This document shows, one piece after another, positions 1 to 9,196 of a DNA stretch of 64,000 nucleotides. Source of the stretch: a virus. The stretch's first letter is position 1. Each line of letters starts with the position of its first letter. Both the position numbers and the translations under genes were made by a program. The notes below the pieces were generated by a model that was not told the origin of the DNA, ran no database searches, and saw only the letters and a program-made list of their open reading frames with translations. The DNA lies in the IMG/VR virus record IMGVR_UViG_3300032246_001270. The stretch is one strand, 5' to 3'.

Positions 1-1275
1 AGGCTTAACCGTTGTACATCTTGCTGATGCGTTAATACCTAATATTTCTGCTACTCTTTTGTTTTCTATTTTTACAACTTTTGCTGCTTCTTTCATATCC
101 AATTTCAAAACTGCACCACTTCCGATACCTGTCATTGAGATTCCTATTAAGGCATCCTTTTCAGTTGTTCTTTGCCATATAGGTCTTAAGTAATGGAAAT
201 CGGTATATCCAGCCTGTAATGTTCCAACAAATGCTGCTGCTTTAACTCTTTCGTTTAAATCGTTTTGGTCAACTACGTCAGAAACATTCACTTCACATAA
301 GTTACAGAATTGAAAAGGTCTTAATGCAATCTCACAACACGGATTAGTTCCCCAATCTTTATCATTTGATAAGTAGATGCCAGGTTCACCTGCTCCACTT
401 GCTTCAATTCTTTTCCACAAATCCATAAAGTAATCTTTGGTAATTTTATGTCTCATTAATACTGCTGAGTTATTTGCTCTACCTCTTTGTGGATTTGTTT
501 CCCACCATGCACCACTCTTACAACTAATCATTTGCTCATCAGTTGCGGAGAATAATGCAATCAATGCTGCTCTACGGATACCACCTGCTAATACTGCATC
601 AGCAATGTGACAAACCATATCATGCACTTCAATTGGTTTTAATTTATCGCCATCTTTTTTTGCATCCAAAATACCTTCTAATTTGATAAGGCATTCTTTT
701 AGGGGTTGAGGACCTGGCGCTTTACCACCTGATGTTACCAATCTTGCCCCCTTCTCTCTAATATCTCTAAAATCAAATACCGGCTTACTACCACCAAAGA
801 AATATGCTTTTACAATTACTGAAACTGCATCAGCCCATCCTTCGATACTATCACCGATTAAAAATCTTCTTGTCTTATCAGTTGATGGCTTTCTTATTTC
901 AGGTAAACAATCAACATGATGTGATTGTACTGAATAACCTACTCCAGTTCCACCTAATAGCAAAAACATAATTTCTGAAAATACTCTCCAATCATCTACT
1001 GGTGCAAATGCACAATTGTAAATTCTATTTGGTGATAATTCAATTGGTTTACCTGCGAACTGCATTGAACGCATTGATGGTAATATTTTTTTATTCGATA
1101 CGAATTTATATACTTCTTTTATTTCTTCTTTTAAATTTGGATATGTCTTTATATGCATATCCATATTTCTTTTTACTAACTCTTTCCAAGTTTCTCTCCT
1201 TTTTAATTCCGGTTTGTACTTTGCGTACTTCATATAAACCGTAATGTCCGATAAAATTCGTGTTGAAATGTCCAT
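1..1275 (-). CDS. nrdJ: Class II (adenosylcobalamin-dependent) ribonucleotide reductase, N-terminal 425 codons; runs off the window start
   Basis: Not in the ORF track. Manual translation from ATG at 1275 gives MDISTRILSDITVYMKYAKY...LPSMRSMQFAG...YNCAF...GGTGVGYS...GGIRRAALI...GEPG...GTNPCCEIAL...CNL...TTVKP with no stop, matching monomeric class II RNR motifs including catalytic NPCxE. Confidence 0.93.
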   Translation of the reverse strand, partial: MDISTRILSDITVYMKYAKYKPELKRRETWKELVKRNMDMHIKTYPNLKEEIKEVYKFVSNKKILPSMRSMQFAGKPIELSPNRIYNCAFAPVDDWRVFSEIMFLLLGGTGVGYSVQSHHVDCLPEIRKPSTDKTRRFLIGDSIEGWADAVSVIVKAYFFGGSKPVFDFRDIREKGARLVTSGGKAPGPQPLKECLIKLEGILDAKKDGDKLKPIEVHDMVCHIADAVLAGGIRRAALIALFSATDEQMISCKSGAWWETNPQRGRANNSAVLMRHKITKDYFMDLWKRIEASGAGEPGIYLSNDKDWGTNPCCEIALRPFQFCNLCEVNVSDVVDQNDLNERVKAAAFVGTLQAGYTDFHYLRPIWQRTTEKDALIGISMTGIGSGAVLKLDMKEAAKVVKIENKRVAEILGINASARCTTVKP

Positions 1276-1441
1276 TTTTTTTGTAAATTTTGTTTAGTGT
1301 GTTAAAATATTTCAGGAAAACCCCAAAATGTAAGAATAAATATACTGTCTACCACTAAATCGTTCAGGTTTGTGAATAAATAATTCACTTTTTTTTAAAT
1401 TTTATTGGTGTCAAAACACCCAGTGTATTATAAAATATAGT

Positions 1442-1463
1442 TAGGGGAGCTTTCACTCCCCTA
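1442..1463 (-). terminator. Stem-loop downstream of the Hc1-like gene (possible terminator or processing site)
   Basis: 8-bp inverted repeat taggggag/ctccccta with a 6-nt loop; only a weak U-tract on the minus strand. Confidence 0.55.
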
Positions 1464-1468
1464 TCATA

Positions 1469-1642
1469 TTATGCTGCCTTTTGTTCTTCCGTAGAAGCTT
1501 TCTTATAGGCTGTAACTAATTTCTTCAATTCACCAATAGCTTTTCTAGCTCTTGATTTGTTTACTTTCTTAGTTCCGTTGTGCTCTGTTTCAAATGTTGT
1601 AAACAAAGTCTTCATTTGTTCGAATAGTTCTTGACTGTTCAT
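1469..1642 (-). CDS. Histone H1-like (Hc1-family) small basic DNA-binding protein, 57 aa
   Basis: Not in the ORF track. MNSQELFEQMKTLFTTFETEHNGTKKVNKSRARKAIGELKKLVTAYKKASTEEQKAA*; the RARKA..EL.KL...Y/F.KAS pattern matches Bacteroidota Hc1-like proteins; fills the gap between dnaB and the hairpin. Confidence 0.8.
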   Translation of the reverse strand: MNSQELFEQMKTLFTTFETEHNGTKKVNKSRARKAIGELKKLVTAYKKASTEEQKAA

Positions 1643-1667
1643 AGTTTTTGTTTTTTAATTGTTATTA

Positions 1668-3062
1668 TTAACCCAATCCAGATACCATAGCCGGTTTAAC
1701 GCCGGGCATAGTATCTACATATTTTTTGTGTAACATTTGTCTTTCCATTTCGGCTCCATTAGCACTTTCTTTTGATGCCATAATACCATCTGATGAAGAT
1801 GCTGCATATACTTCTATTGTTCCAGTAGTTGTATCCATTTTGGTTGGGAAGGTAATTCCATCCTGTCCAAAACGATTCTTCATAATATGTACTCTAGCCG
1901 TATTGTTCAACTTATCTTTTGCTTTTCTACTTAAACTCATAATAAAATCGGCGTTCATTACTTTAGCGTATGAATCTGCAATCTTATCTGCTTCAATAAC
2001 CTCACTATCAATTGCTGAACGATTTGTTTGTGATGCTGTCCAAATTGGTATTTGTAACTCACCACTCATTCCTCTCAAATCTATGTACACCCCACCTTGC
2101 TCAGCGTATGTACTATCCGTTTTGTTTGAATGTGATAATAACAAGTCAGCGTAATCCACAATAATTAAATCGGGTTTGTTGCCTGCTGCTATCATCTTTT
2201 CAATGTGAAGTTGAATTGTCTTTGATGATGCTCCTTTTGGTGGATAGTATTTAACTTTAAGTTTACCAGGTAATCTTTTAAGTTTATACAATACTTCCTC
2301 TTTCTTTTCTTTTAAATAGGTTGATGGTATATGTGTAAATACAGTATCATATCTCAATCCCACGTAATGTTGTGAAAGTTCTAATGTATAATGTACCACA
2401 GTCTTACCAGCTCTTACGGCTGCTGCTCCTAATGCTGCTAATGCCCAAGTCTTACCAACACCAGAAGGTGCTACTACTACTCCCAATTCGCCAGGTCCAA
2501 TTCCACCACCCATTAAATCATCAATACATTCCCATCCAGTTCCCACAGTCTCTCTACCAGTCTCACTAAATCTTTCCTCAAAATCTAAAAGGTAATCCAT
2601 ACCTAAATCCGATTCAACTCCAACTTTCATAGCCTTATCAACTAAGTCTTTGATTCTATCGTAGTTGCCTGATTTAAGTAAATCTACTGATTGTAGAATT
2701 ACATTTTTCATATTCTGATTGATACAAAATTTTGTGAATTCATTTTTAATGTATTCAAAATCTTCGTGTCCAATTGAAGTGTAAACTACTTTGAGTTGTT
2801 CTACTACTGCTTTCTTTAGTGATGGATTATCTAGCTTTGATACTTGTCCTTTAAATACATCTAAAGTAGGTTCTTTCTTATACTCATCGTAATAATCTTT
2901 AATCTCTTGTACTATCCATTTATTAGCATCTGATTCGAAAAACTTCTTATCAATGATTTCACACAAAGTGTCCATCATTCTAACATCGGTAAGTAAAGCA
3001 GATATTACTTTAGCTTGAAACGATTGCCCATATTTAGAGAGTGTATCTACTTGCTCTGCCAT
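1668..3062 (-). CDS. dnaB: Replicative DnaB-like (T4 gp41-like) helicase
   Basis: Walker A APSGVGKT, YTLE, Walker B IIVDYADL, TASQTNR and KNRFG motifs. Confidence 0.95.
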   Translation of the reverse strand: MAEQVDTLSKYGQSFQAKVISALLTDVRMMDTLCEIIDKKFFESDANKWIVQEIKDYYDEYKKEPTLDVFKGQVSKLDNPSLKKAVVEQLKVVYTSIGHEDFEYIKNEFTKFCINQNMKNVILQSVDLLKSGNYDRIKDLVDKAMKVGVESDLGMDYLLDFEERFSETGRETVGTGWECIDDLMGGGIGPGELGVVVAPSGVGKTWALAALGAAAVRAGKTVVHYTLELSQHYVGLRYDTVFTHIPSTYLKEKKEEVLYKLKRLPGKLKVKYYPPKGASSKTIQLHIEKMIAAGNKPDLIIVDYADLLLSHSNKTDSTYAEQGGVYIDLRGMSGELQIPIWTASQTNRSAIDSEVIEADKIADSYAKVMNADFIMSLSRKAKDKLNNTARVHIMKNRFGQDGITFPTKMDTTTGTIEVYAASSSDGIMASKESANGAEMERQMLHKKYVDTMPGVKPAMVSGLG

Positions 3063-4106
3063 CTATTTTACTATTATATTTGTATAAGTTGATTTCAACC
3101 AATCGTTTATATCTTTCCAATTTTGAAGTATTTTATACTTCATTGCTGCTTTGATAAAATCAAACTTATCAAACTTCTTATTAGGTTCGTTGAAACGGTC
3201 TAATATTTTAAGAGTTTGATTTGTATTGATTTGTGCTTCTTCTAATTGCATGATTTGTCTATTTCTCAATACCTCTTTTCTTTGTGAAAGGATATCAGCG
3301 TATATTTTAGCATCATCTTTCTTAGCTTCACATATATCAAAGAATTCATCAAAGGTAATTAATCTATCTTCCTCTAATTCAGGGAATCTTTTTAATACAG
3401 TCTTTAAACCACATCCTTTAACGCCAGGAATATTATCTGAATTATCACCATCCAATGTTCTGAATAATAAAAGATTTTGTGGGTACATTCCCCATTCGGC
3501 TTTTACCATCTCTCTATCATAAAGTTTCTTTTTAGTTGGTGAATAAACTTTTGTCTTATCATCTACTAATTGTAAGAAATCTTTATCCGTTGATACAATA
3601 ATACATTCTTCATCTTCACCTAATATTTGTCTAGCTATGTTAGCTATCACATCATCAGCTTCAATTCCATCATATATCATTGTTGTAATTGGAAGTGAAT
3701 CTAACAAATCAACTAACCAAACAAATTGGCGTTTCATTGAAAGTTGTTCTTCTTCCTGTGACATCATTTCAGGATATTGTCTATTAACTCTAAAACGATT
3801 TTTACCTCTATCAGCTTTGTATCCTTCAAACACTTCTTTTCTACCTTTAGAACCACCCTTACCATCAAAGATAAGAACTACTCTAGTCGGATTGAATTGA
3901 CGTATTTGAGAACCAATTGAATTTAATGAACCAATAACTCCACCCGTATGGTCACCATCCTCATTCATTGTAGGGTTGGTAGTCCAACTACGGATGAAGG
4001 TATTAAGTCCATCAATGACAAGAACTCTACTATTACGCACTCTTAAGTGTGATGTCTCATGTTCTGATTCTACTTCATTAAGAAGCTTTTTGTATAAGTC
4101 TTTCAT
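3063..4106 (-). CDS. 5'-3' exonuclease / flap endonuclease (T4 RNase H-like)
   Basis: VIDGLN, FDG..G...R...YKA.R, EADDVIA, STDKDFLQL and GDNSDNIPGVKGCG (H3TH) motifs. Start revised to ATG 4106 (MKDLYKK) to avoid overlapping recA. Confidence 0.93.
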   Translation of the reverse strand: MKDLYKKLLNEVESEHETSHLRVRNSRVLVIDGLNTFIRSWTTNPTMNEDGDHTGGVIGSLNSIGSQIRQFNPTRVVLIFDGKGGSKGRKEVFEGYKADRGKNRFRVNRQYPEMMSQEEEQLSMKRQFVWLVDLLDSLPITTMIYDGIEADDVIANIARQILGEDEECIIVSTDKDFLQLVDDKTKVYSPTKKKLYDREMVKAEWGMYPQNLLLFRTLDGDNSDNIPGVKGCGLKTVLKRFPELEEDRLITFDEFFDICEAKKDDAKIYADILSQRKEVLRNRQIMQLEEAQINTNQTLKILDRFNEPNKKFDKFDFIKAAMKYKILQNWKDINDWLKSTYTNIIVK

Positions 4107-4125
4107 TTTGTTTTTGTAACCTTTA

Positions 4126-5250
4126 TTAATCACCAATCACTTCTGAATCTACTACTAAATTATCAGTGTCTAATGAATCTTTTTTGTATCTTAAAATTGT
4201 TGCCTCACAAATCCTTTTATAGATTTGCTCTCTAACACCAGGGTTAGAATCTAATGTAGTTGGAAAGTCCTTTGCTTGGAACTTAATCACTTCGCCTGAT
4301 TCAATATCAATGTATTCATACCAAGCTCCACTTTGTTTCACAATTGAGTTTTCTTTCATACTACCCAACCATGCTCCGTAGTTATCAATACCTCTATCAA
4401 AGAAGATATCAAAATCTGCTGAACGTAATGGTGGTCCCATACGATTCTTTACAACCTGGCATCTTACTTTGATACCAACAATTCTTTCGTTACCACTACC
4501 ATCTTTTGCTTTAATCGTTCCCATACTCTTTAATCTTAAACGAACCGATGCATGGAAAGCGATTGCTTTACCACCAGAAGTTGTCCAAGGGTCAGAGAAT
4601 GGCATTGCGTTCATCTTCTGTCTTAATTGGTTAGTAAATACTAGAGTTATTTTCTGTCTACCAATAAGATTTGTGATTTTACGCATTGCCTTGGAAATGA
4701 TAATTGCTTTATCCGTAGCGTAACCATCTTTACCATAATCAGCTTCCATCTCCTTTTCAGTTGATGCTGCTGCTACTGAATCCACAACGATTGTTACATA
4801 CTTATCTTTAGAGGAAGTTCTTACCTTCTCAATAATAGTTTCAGTATATTCGAAACATTGTTCAACAGTCTCAGCTGCTACATAAAGTAATTTAGTTGTA
4901 TCTACTCCGATGGCTTCTAAGAATTCTCTACTTACGGCGTTCTCAGTATCAATCAATACTGCCAATCCACCTAACTTCTGCGTTTCCGCAAGTAAGTGAG
5001 CTGATACTAATGATTTACCACTTTGTTCTAATCCCGTAATTTCGGTAATTCTTCCAACAGGTAATCCACCATAAGGGCGATTTGATATTGCCACATCCAA
5101 CATAGATGCTCCGGTTGAAACCCAGCCTTCTACATTTGTTGGTGCATCATCATTATCTAAAAAGAATGCTACCTTTTGGTCTTTTGATTGTTTGTTAAGG
5201 GACTCAACGAGTACTTCCGCTAAGTCAACCTCTTTAGTTGCTTTTGCCAT
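4126..5250 (-). CDS. recA: RecA/UvsX-like recombinase
   Basis: GGLPVGRITEITGLEQSGKS, IDTENA, VVDSVAA, FTNQLR, TSGGKAIAFHASVR and KNRMGPP motifs. Confidence 0.95.
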   Translation of the reverse strand: MAKATKEVDLAEVLVESLNKQSKDQKVAFFLDNDDAPTNVEGWVSTGASMLDVAISNRPYGGLPVGRITEITGLEQSGKSLVSAHLLAETQKLGGLAVLIDTENAVSREFLEAIGVDTTKLLYVAAETVEQCFEYTETIIEKVRTSSKDKYVTIVVDSVAAASTEKEMEADYGKDGYATDKAIIISKAMRKITNLIGRQKITLVFTNQLRQKMNAMPFSDPWTTSGGKAIAFHASVRLRLKSMGTIKAKDGSGNERIVGIKVRCQVVKNRMGPPLRSADFDIFFDRGIDNYGAWLGSMKENSIVKQSGAWYEYIDIESGEVIKFQAKDFPTTLDSNPGVREQIYKRICEATILRYKKDSLDTDNLVVDSEVIGD

Positions 5251-5265
5251 AAATTGTTTTACTTA

Positions 5266-6084
5266 TTAGTTATTGAAAAGGTCATCAAATGCTGATGCCA
5301 CATCATCTACTTTCTTAGCTGATGTTTCTGCTTTAGATGCTTTTGGAGCATCTACGTCAAAAGGGGCTTCATCCTTTGCAGTTGAAGAAAGTGTTTCAGC
5401 TGATACTGATACTTCTTCTTCTGATGCTGCTGATGGATTTAACCAACCTTCTAATACATTTTTCAATTCCGAATAAGTCAACTCTTGGTAAAGGTCTGTG
5501 ATTTCGGTTTGTCCATTGATAAACTTGTCAGTTTCTTCTTTAGTTGCTGCTAAAGGAGTTTCCTTTGGTTTAACACGGATTGTTGTTACAGGGTAAGAAG
5601 TACCACTGTCTTCTGCTGATACTACTTCAACAGTAATATCTCTACCTTCATTTGGGTCAGTAATATCACCATAATCTGGGTCAGCAATGTAACCAAGAAT
5701 TTCTTGATATACAGTTTTTCCAAAGCCCCAGAATCTTACACCTTCACCTTCTTCACCTCTTACCAATACTGGTACGAATGTTCTAAGTTTTGGCTCCATT
5801 TTCTTAGCAGCTTTCCAATCTTCTTTATCACCCATTCTTTTTAACTTATCAGCGAACTCAACGATAGGGTCAGGTCTGCCAAAAGAAGATGGAGATAGAT
5901 AAGATTTGTTGTTAATGTTGTAGTGAAAAAATAATTCAATAAAAGGATTCTCTTTGTTGAATTTGTAAGGGACCAAACGAATAGTGTGTTTGCCCGGAGC
6001 TGGTTTCCAAAGTTCTACTTTCTTTGAAGTTGTGCTTTGTAGTTTGTTCAGTCTACCTCTGATTGCGTCTAAATTAATAGCCAT
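5266..6084 (-). CDS. Single-stranded DNA-binding protein, T4 gp32-like
   Basis: WKP..G...IRLVP, WGFGKTVY..I, DITDP..GRD and an acidic C-terminal tail ending AFDDLFNN; position beside recA/dnaB. Start revised to ATG 6084 (MAINLD). Confidence 0.88.
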   Translation of the reverse strand: MAINLDAIRGRLNKLQSTTSKKVELWKPAPGKHTIRLVPYKFNKENPFIELFFHYNINNKSYLSPSSFGRPDPIVEFADKLKRMGDKEDWKAAKKMEPKLRTFVPVLVRGEEGEGVRFWGFGKTVYQEILGYIADPDYGDITDPNEGRDITVEVVSAEDSGTSYPVTTIRVKPKETPLAATKEETDKFINGQTEITDLYQELTYSELKNVLEGWLNPSAASEEEVSVSAETLSSTAKDEAPFDVDAPKASKAETSAKKVDDVASAFDDLFNN

Positions 6085-6145
6085 TGTTTTACGTTTTAAG
6101 AGTTTATGTTTTAAGGTTTTATTTAGGTGAGTTTCCTTCACCCTC
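6085..6145 (-). promoter_or_regulatory. Putative translational operator in the SSB leader: hairpin followed by five TAAA(A)C repeats
   Basis: Minus strand reads GGTGA-AGGAAAC-TCACC TAAA TAAAAC CT TAAAAC A TAAAC TCT TAAAAC G TAAAAC A ATG. Confidence 0.5.
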
Positions 6146-6170
6146 TAGGTATATAAATATAAAGAGATTA

Positions 6171-6202
6171 CAAATATACAACAAATTATTGGACTTTCCA
6201 AA
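6171..6202 (-). promoter_or_regulatory. Bacteroidota-type primary-sigma promoter (-33 TTTG / -7 TATATTTG)
   Basis: TTTG at 6202-6199, 20-nt spacer, TATATTTG at 6178-6171; matches the TTTG-N19-21-TAnnTTTG consensus upstream of the replication operon. Confidence 0.8.
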
Positions 6203-6261
6203 TCTTTTTTGAAGTATATTTTTTAATCAAATTTAGCATTTATATGGGTTTGAGATTTACT

Positions 6262-6293
6262 CAAAGATACGAAAAATATCTGATACTACCAAA
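6262..6293 (-). promoter_or_regulatory. Second Bacteroidota-type promoter (-33 TTTG / -7 TATCTTTG)
   Basis: TTTG at 6293-6290, 20-nt spacer, TATCTTTG at 6269-6262. Confidence 0.8.
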
Positions 6294-6303
6294 TAAAAAG
6301 GGA

Positions 6304-8166
6304 TTAATTTTCCGCTTCTTGTGTATATAATAATGATGACCTGTTTGGGTATTGTAGATGTTTCTTTAAAATATCCTTTTCGTTGTCATCTATAAACTCT
6401 CTTAACTTAATTTCGTTTTTAGTACCAATTTGTTCCAATGTTATAATAGTAAGGGAACGACCACCTTCCATTTTTTTAGCTTCTGTTTTCACAACTTTGT
6501 ATTTATTATTTGATGGTAAAAGTACTTCATGCTGTCCACTCCAAGTTCCAAAATCACTAGAAAACATACTGTTTTTATCTTTACCAGATACATTACCTAC
6601 ATTTGCATTCATACAAAATCCATTAAATGTATTTCTTGGACTTACCACTTTTATCATTACCGATTGGTTGTTAGCTTTATCTATTGTTGCGTTTGCATTA
6701 CCAATATTATTAGAAAATTCGGTAGCTGTTTTAGCATCAAATGAAAATGATGATATTGGTAAATCAATATTACTACCTTCCTTAAACGATTTCATAAACT
6801 TAATATAATCGGAAGATTTCATAGCCATACCTCTATACAACGCATTTGTTTGAACAGGTGGAGGTGGTTCTGATTTTAACATTTCATCAATTCTATTTAG
6901 AGCGTTTTTATCTATCATTGATTGATACGAAAACATATCCTTTATATAGTTTGGATTTTTCTTAGCTTGCTGCTTAACCCACTTAGATTGGTTTTTATCA
7001 TTAGCTTCAGAAATATCTACAAAGGAATTATCTGTATCACCACCCTTTTCTTTTTTAATGAAATTACGAAGTCCACCATCTACAGTTGTTGGATTTTCTA
7101 ATTCACTTTGCATTTTCTTACTCCATTCATTATCTGAAAGAGTTTTATATTTTAATGGATATGCTAATTGTAAAGTTGATAATTCATCCATACTATCAAT
7201 ATCATTATCCTTTCCAAATGTAATAGTTTCGCCTAATTTAACTAATGCATATTCCTCTAAATTTTCATATCCCCATTCTTTTAAATCCTCCTCATTTGGT
7301 GTAAATCCAGATATTTCAAAGTACAATTCAGGATGCTTTAATATCCTATTTACATCTATTTTAAATTTGTTTGCCACCTTTGCTACATCTTTTGTACTAA
7401 GATTTTTACTCCATACAATTTTATCCTTTACCTTTGCAAGTTCATTTGCTACATCTTTGGTAGTTTCGGCATTATATAAATCTTCCTTATCTGATTCTTT
7501 CTTAGCTACTTTTTTATCCGTTTGCTTTTGAATTATATTTGGGTCAATTCCTCTTTTAATTACATTTGCTTCCTTATTTGCATCATCAGAATATAATTTA
7601 TAATAATAATCATTAGCCGCAACTCCATCAGGTGCGTATTGTTTTGCTTCCAAATGTGATAAAATTAAGCCCGACATTAATTCTGATATAGATTGTTGTT
7701 TACCATTCTTATCTTTTATTTTAGTATCTACTCCTAATTTATTTATAAGATTTAAATCAATACCATATTCATCCGCCGTTGATTTAATTATTTCAGGAGT
7801 TATATTTTCTTTTGAATTAAAACGAACATCTTTTACAAGTTTACCATTTTTATTTTTTCTATAAAGGGTAACTTCCCTACTGTATCCAACACTTTTAATT
7901 GCTTTTATTATATCGTCTGCTACCTTTTGTGTATCCTCAATAGTACCACCCCTTTCCTTTTCGTAATCTCCTTTAAATAAATCAGATTTTGCTGGAGTTT
8001 TTACATCCTTTCCTTTTACTTTAGGTTTATCATGCGTGCCAGCTTTAACTGCAGCATCCATACTATCTTTAGTACTAAAATATACCAATTTACCAGATTC
8101 TTTGGATATTGCCGAAAAATCAGTTGTTTTTGGTTTAGCCTCTAATAGTTCCCTAAGTAAAATCAT
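6304..8166 (-). CDS. Alt-like ADP-ribosyltransferase (R-S-E clade) with a shared N-terminal leader module
   Basis: C-terminal LYRGM...SSFS...QHEVLLP..KYKV motifs; N-terminal ~75 aa are homologous to the neighbouring 302-aa protein. Confidence 0.85.
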   Translation of the reverse strand: MILLRELLEAKPKTTDFSAISKESGKLVYFSTKDSMDAAVKAGTHDKPKVKGKDVKTPAKSDLFKGDYEKERGGTIEDTQKVADDIIKAIKSVGYSREVTLYRKNKNGKLVKDVRFNSKENITPEIIKSTADEYGIDLNLINKLGVDTKIKDKNGKQQSISELMSGLILSHLEAKQYAPDGVAANDYYYKLYSDDANKEANVIKRGIDPNIIQKQTDKKVAKKESDKEDLYNAETTKDVANELAKVKDKIVWSKNLSTKDVAKVANKFKIDVNRILKHPELYFEISGFTPNEEDLKEWGYENLEEYALVKLGETITFGKDNDIDSMDELSTLQLAYPLKYKTLSDNEWSKKMQSELENPTTVDGGLRNFIKKEKGGDTDNSFVDISEANDKNQSKWVKQQAKKNPNYIKDMFSYQSMIDKNALNRIDEMLKSEPPPPVQTNALYRGMAMKSSDYIKFMKSFKEGSNIDLPISSFSFDAKTATEFSNNIGNANATIDKANNQSVMIKVVSPRNTFNGFCMNANVGNVSGKDKNSMFSSDFGTWSGQHEVLLPSNNKYKVVKTEAKKMEGGRSLTIITLEQIGTKNEIKLREFIDDNEKDILKKHLQYPNRSSLLYTQEAEN

Positions 8167-8188
8167 ACATATAAATATAAATGAAATA

Positions 8189-8218
8189 AAAAGGGAGAAT
8201 TTTTACGTTCTCCCTTTT
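8189..8218 (-). terminator. Rho-independent terminator after the 302-aa gene
   Basis: aaaagggagaa/ttctccctttt inverted repeat flanked by A/T tracts. Confidence 0.75.
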
Positions 8219-8235
8219 GGTTATTTTGTTTGTTT

Positions 8236-9144
8236 TTAATCTTCTCTAAAATATGGTATTTGTCCAAGTGTATCATATAATCTATCAATATTTGGTTCAC
8301 CTTCAACAACCCATTGATAAGCTTTAGCATCCCATACATCAGCCATTCCAGTCTTAGGATTTTTCTTAACGGTATATCTTTCGATTTCTTTTCCTTTTTT
8401 ATCTTTTTTAGAAATATTTAAAAAATAATCAGTAGTTCCCCATTGATGTTCTATTTCATATCCGTCTGATTCAAGCATATCTTTTACATCTTGCTCAATT
8501 TCTTTTGGGTCAAATGGTTTCTTCTTATCAAATTGTCTATTTGGAGTTTTTTGGTCTTTACCATTTATCTTAGGTCCATCGGTTGCATCTTTTGGAAGCA
8601 TTGATGTTAATTTAGATGATGGTTCTGCTTTTTTATTTAAATCATCATATGTTTGAGTGCCAACAACAGCTTCTTTATCTGGGTCAAACTTACCTACATA
8701 CGCAAATGCTTTTTTGTAAGCTGGTGAATTATCTTCTCTTTCATATGCATCACCAACAGTTATTGTTTTACCAGTTTGTGGGTCTTTGAATGTTGCTCCA
8801 AAAACATCATCATGTGTAAACGAATCTGCGTTTGGGTCAGCTTTTCCCTTCACATCGGATGTATCAATTGAATCTAAATTAGATATCCAATCAGTATCAT
8901 CTTTAGGAGTTTTAGCACCTCTATCTTTTGCATAATCTGCGCCAAACATATTATTTGGTTTTGCATCTGCTTTGGGTTGTCCACCTTTTTTAGATTTAGG
9001 GTCTTCGTGAGTACCAGCTTTCATTGCATTTGCTTTAGCTTGTGGTGTTTTGAAATATACCATCTTTCCACTTTCTTTACTACGAGCAACCAACTTAGGG
9101 TCTACGTTAGCTTCCAATAATTCTTTTAATCTGATATTTGCCAT
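8236..9144 (-). CDS. Hypothetical Lys/Asp-rich protein, probably head-packaged
   Basis: N-terminus MANIRLKELLEA, then SKESGK.VYF.T.....A.KAGTH..PK and FG.DY.K.RG, all shared with the ART gene. Confidence 0.75.
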   Translation of the reverse strand: MANIRLKELLEANVDPKLVARSKESGKMVYFKTPQAKANAMKAGTHEDPKSKKGGQPKADAKPNNMFGADYAKDRGAKTPKDDTDWISNLDSIDTSDVKGKADPNADSFTHDDVFGATFKDPQTGKTITVGDAYEREDNSPAYKKAFAYVGKFDPDKEAVVGTQTYDDLNKKAEPSSKLTSMLPKDATDGPKINGKDQKTPNRQFDKKKPFDPKEIEQDVKDMLESDGYEIEHQWGTTDYFLNISKKDKKGKEIERYTVKKNPKTGMADVWDAKAYQWVVEGEPNIDRLYDTLGQIPYFRED

Positions 9145-9162
9145 TTTTTTTACTTTATACTA

Positions 9163-9193
9163 TAAATATACAAAATATTTTTTAATCTACAAA
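9163..9193 (-). promoter_or_regulatory. Hybrid promoter: TTTG-N19-TATATTTA(TA)
   Basis: TTTG at 9193-9190 and TATATTTA at 9170-9163, overlapping an ATATTTATA motif. Confidence 0.6.
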
Positions 9194-9196
9194 ATT

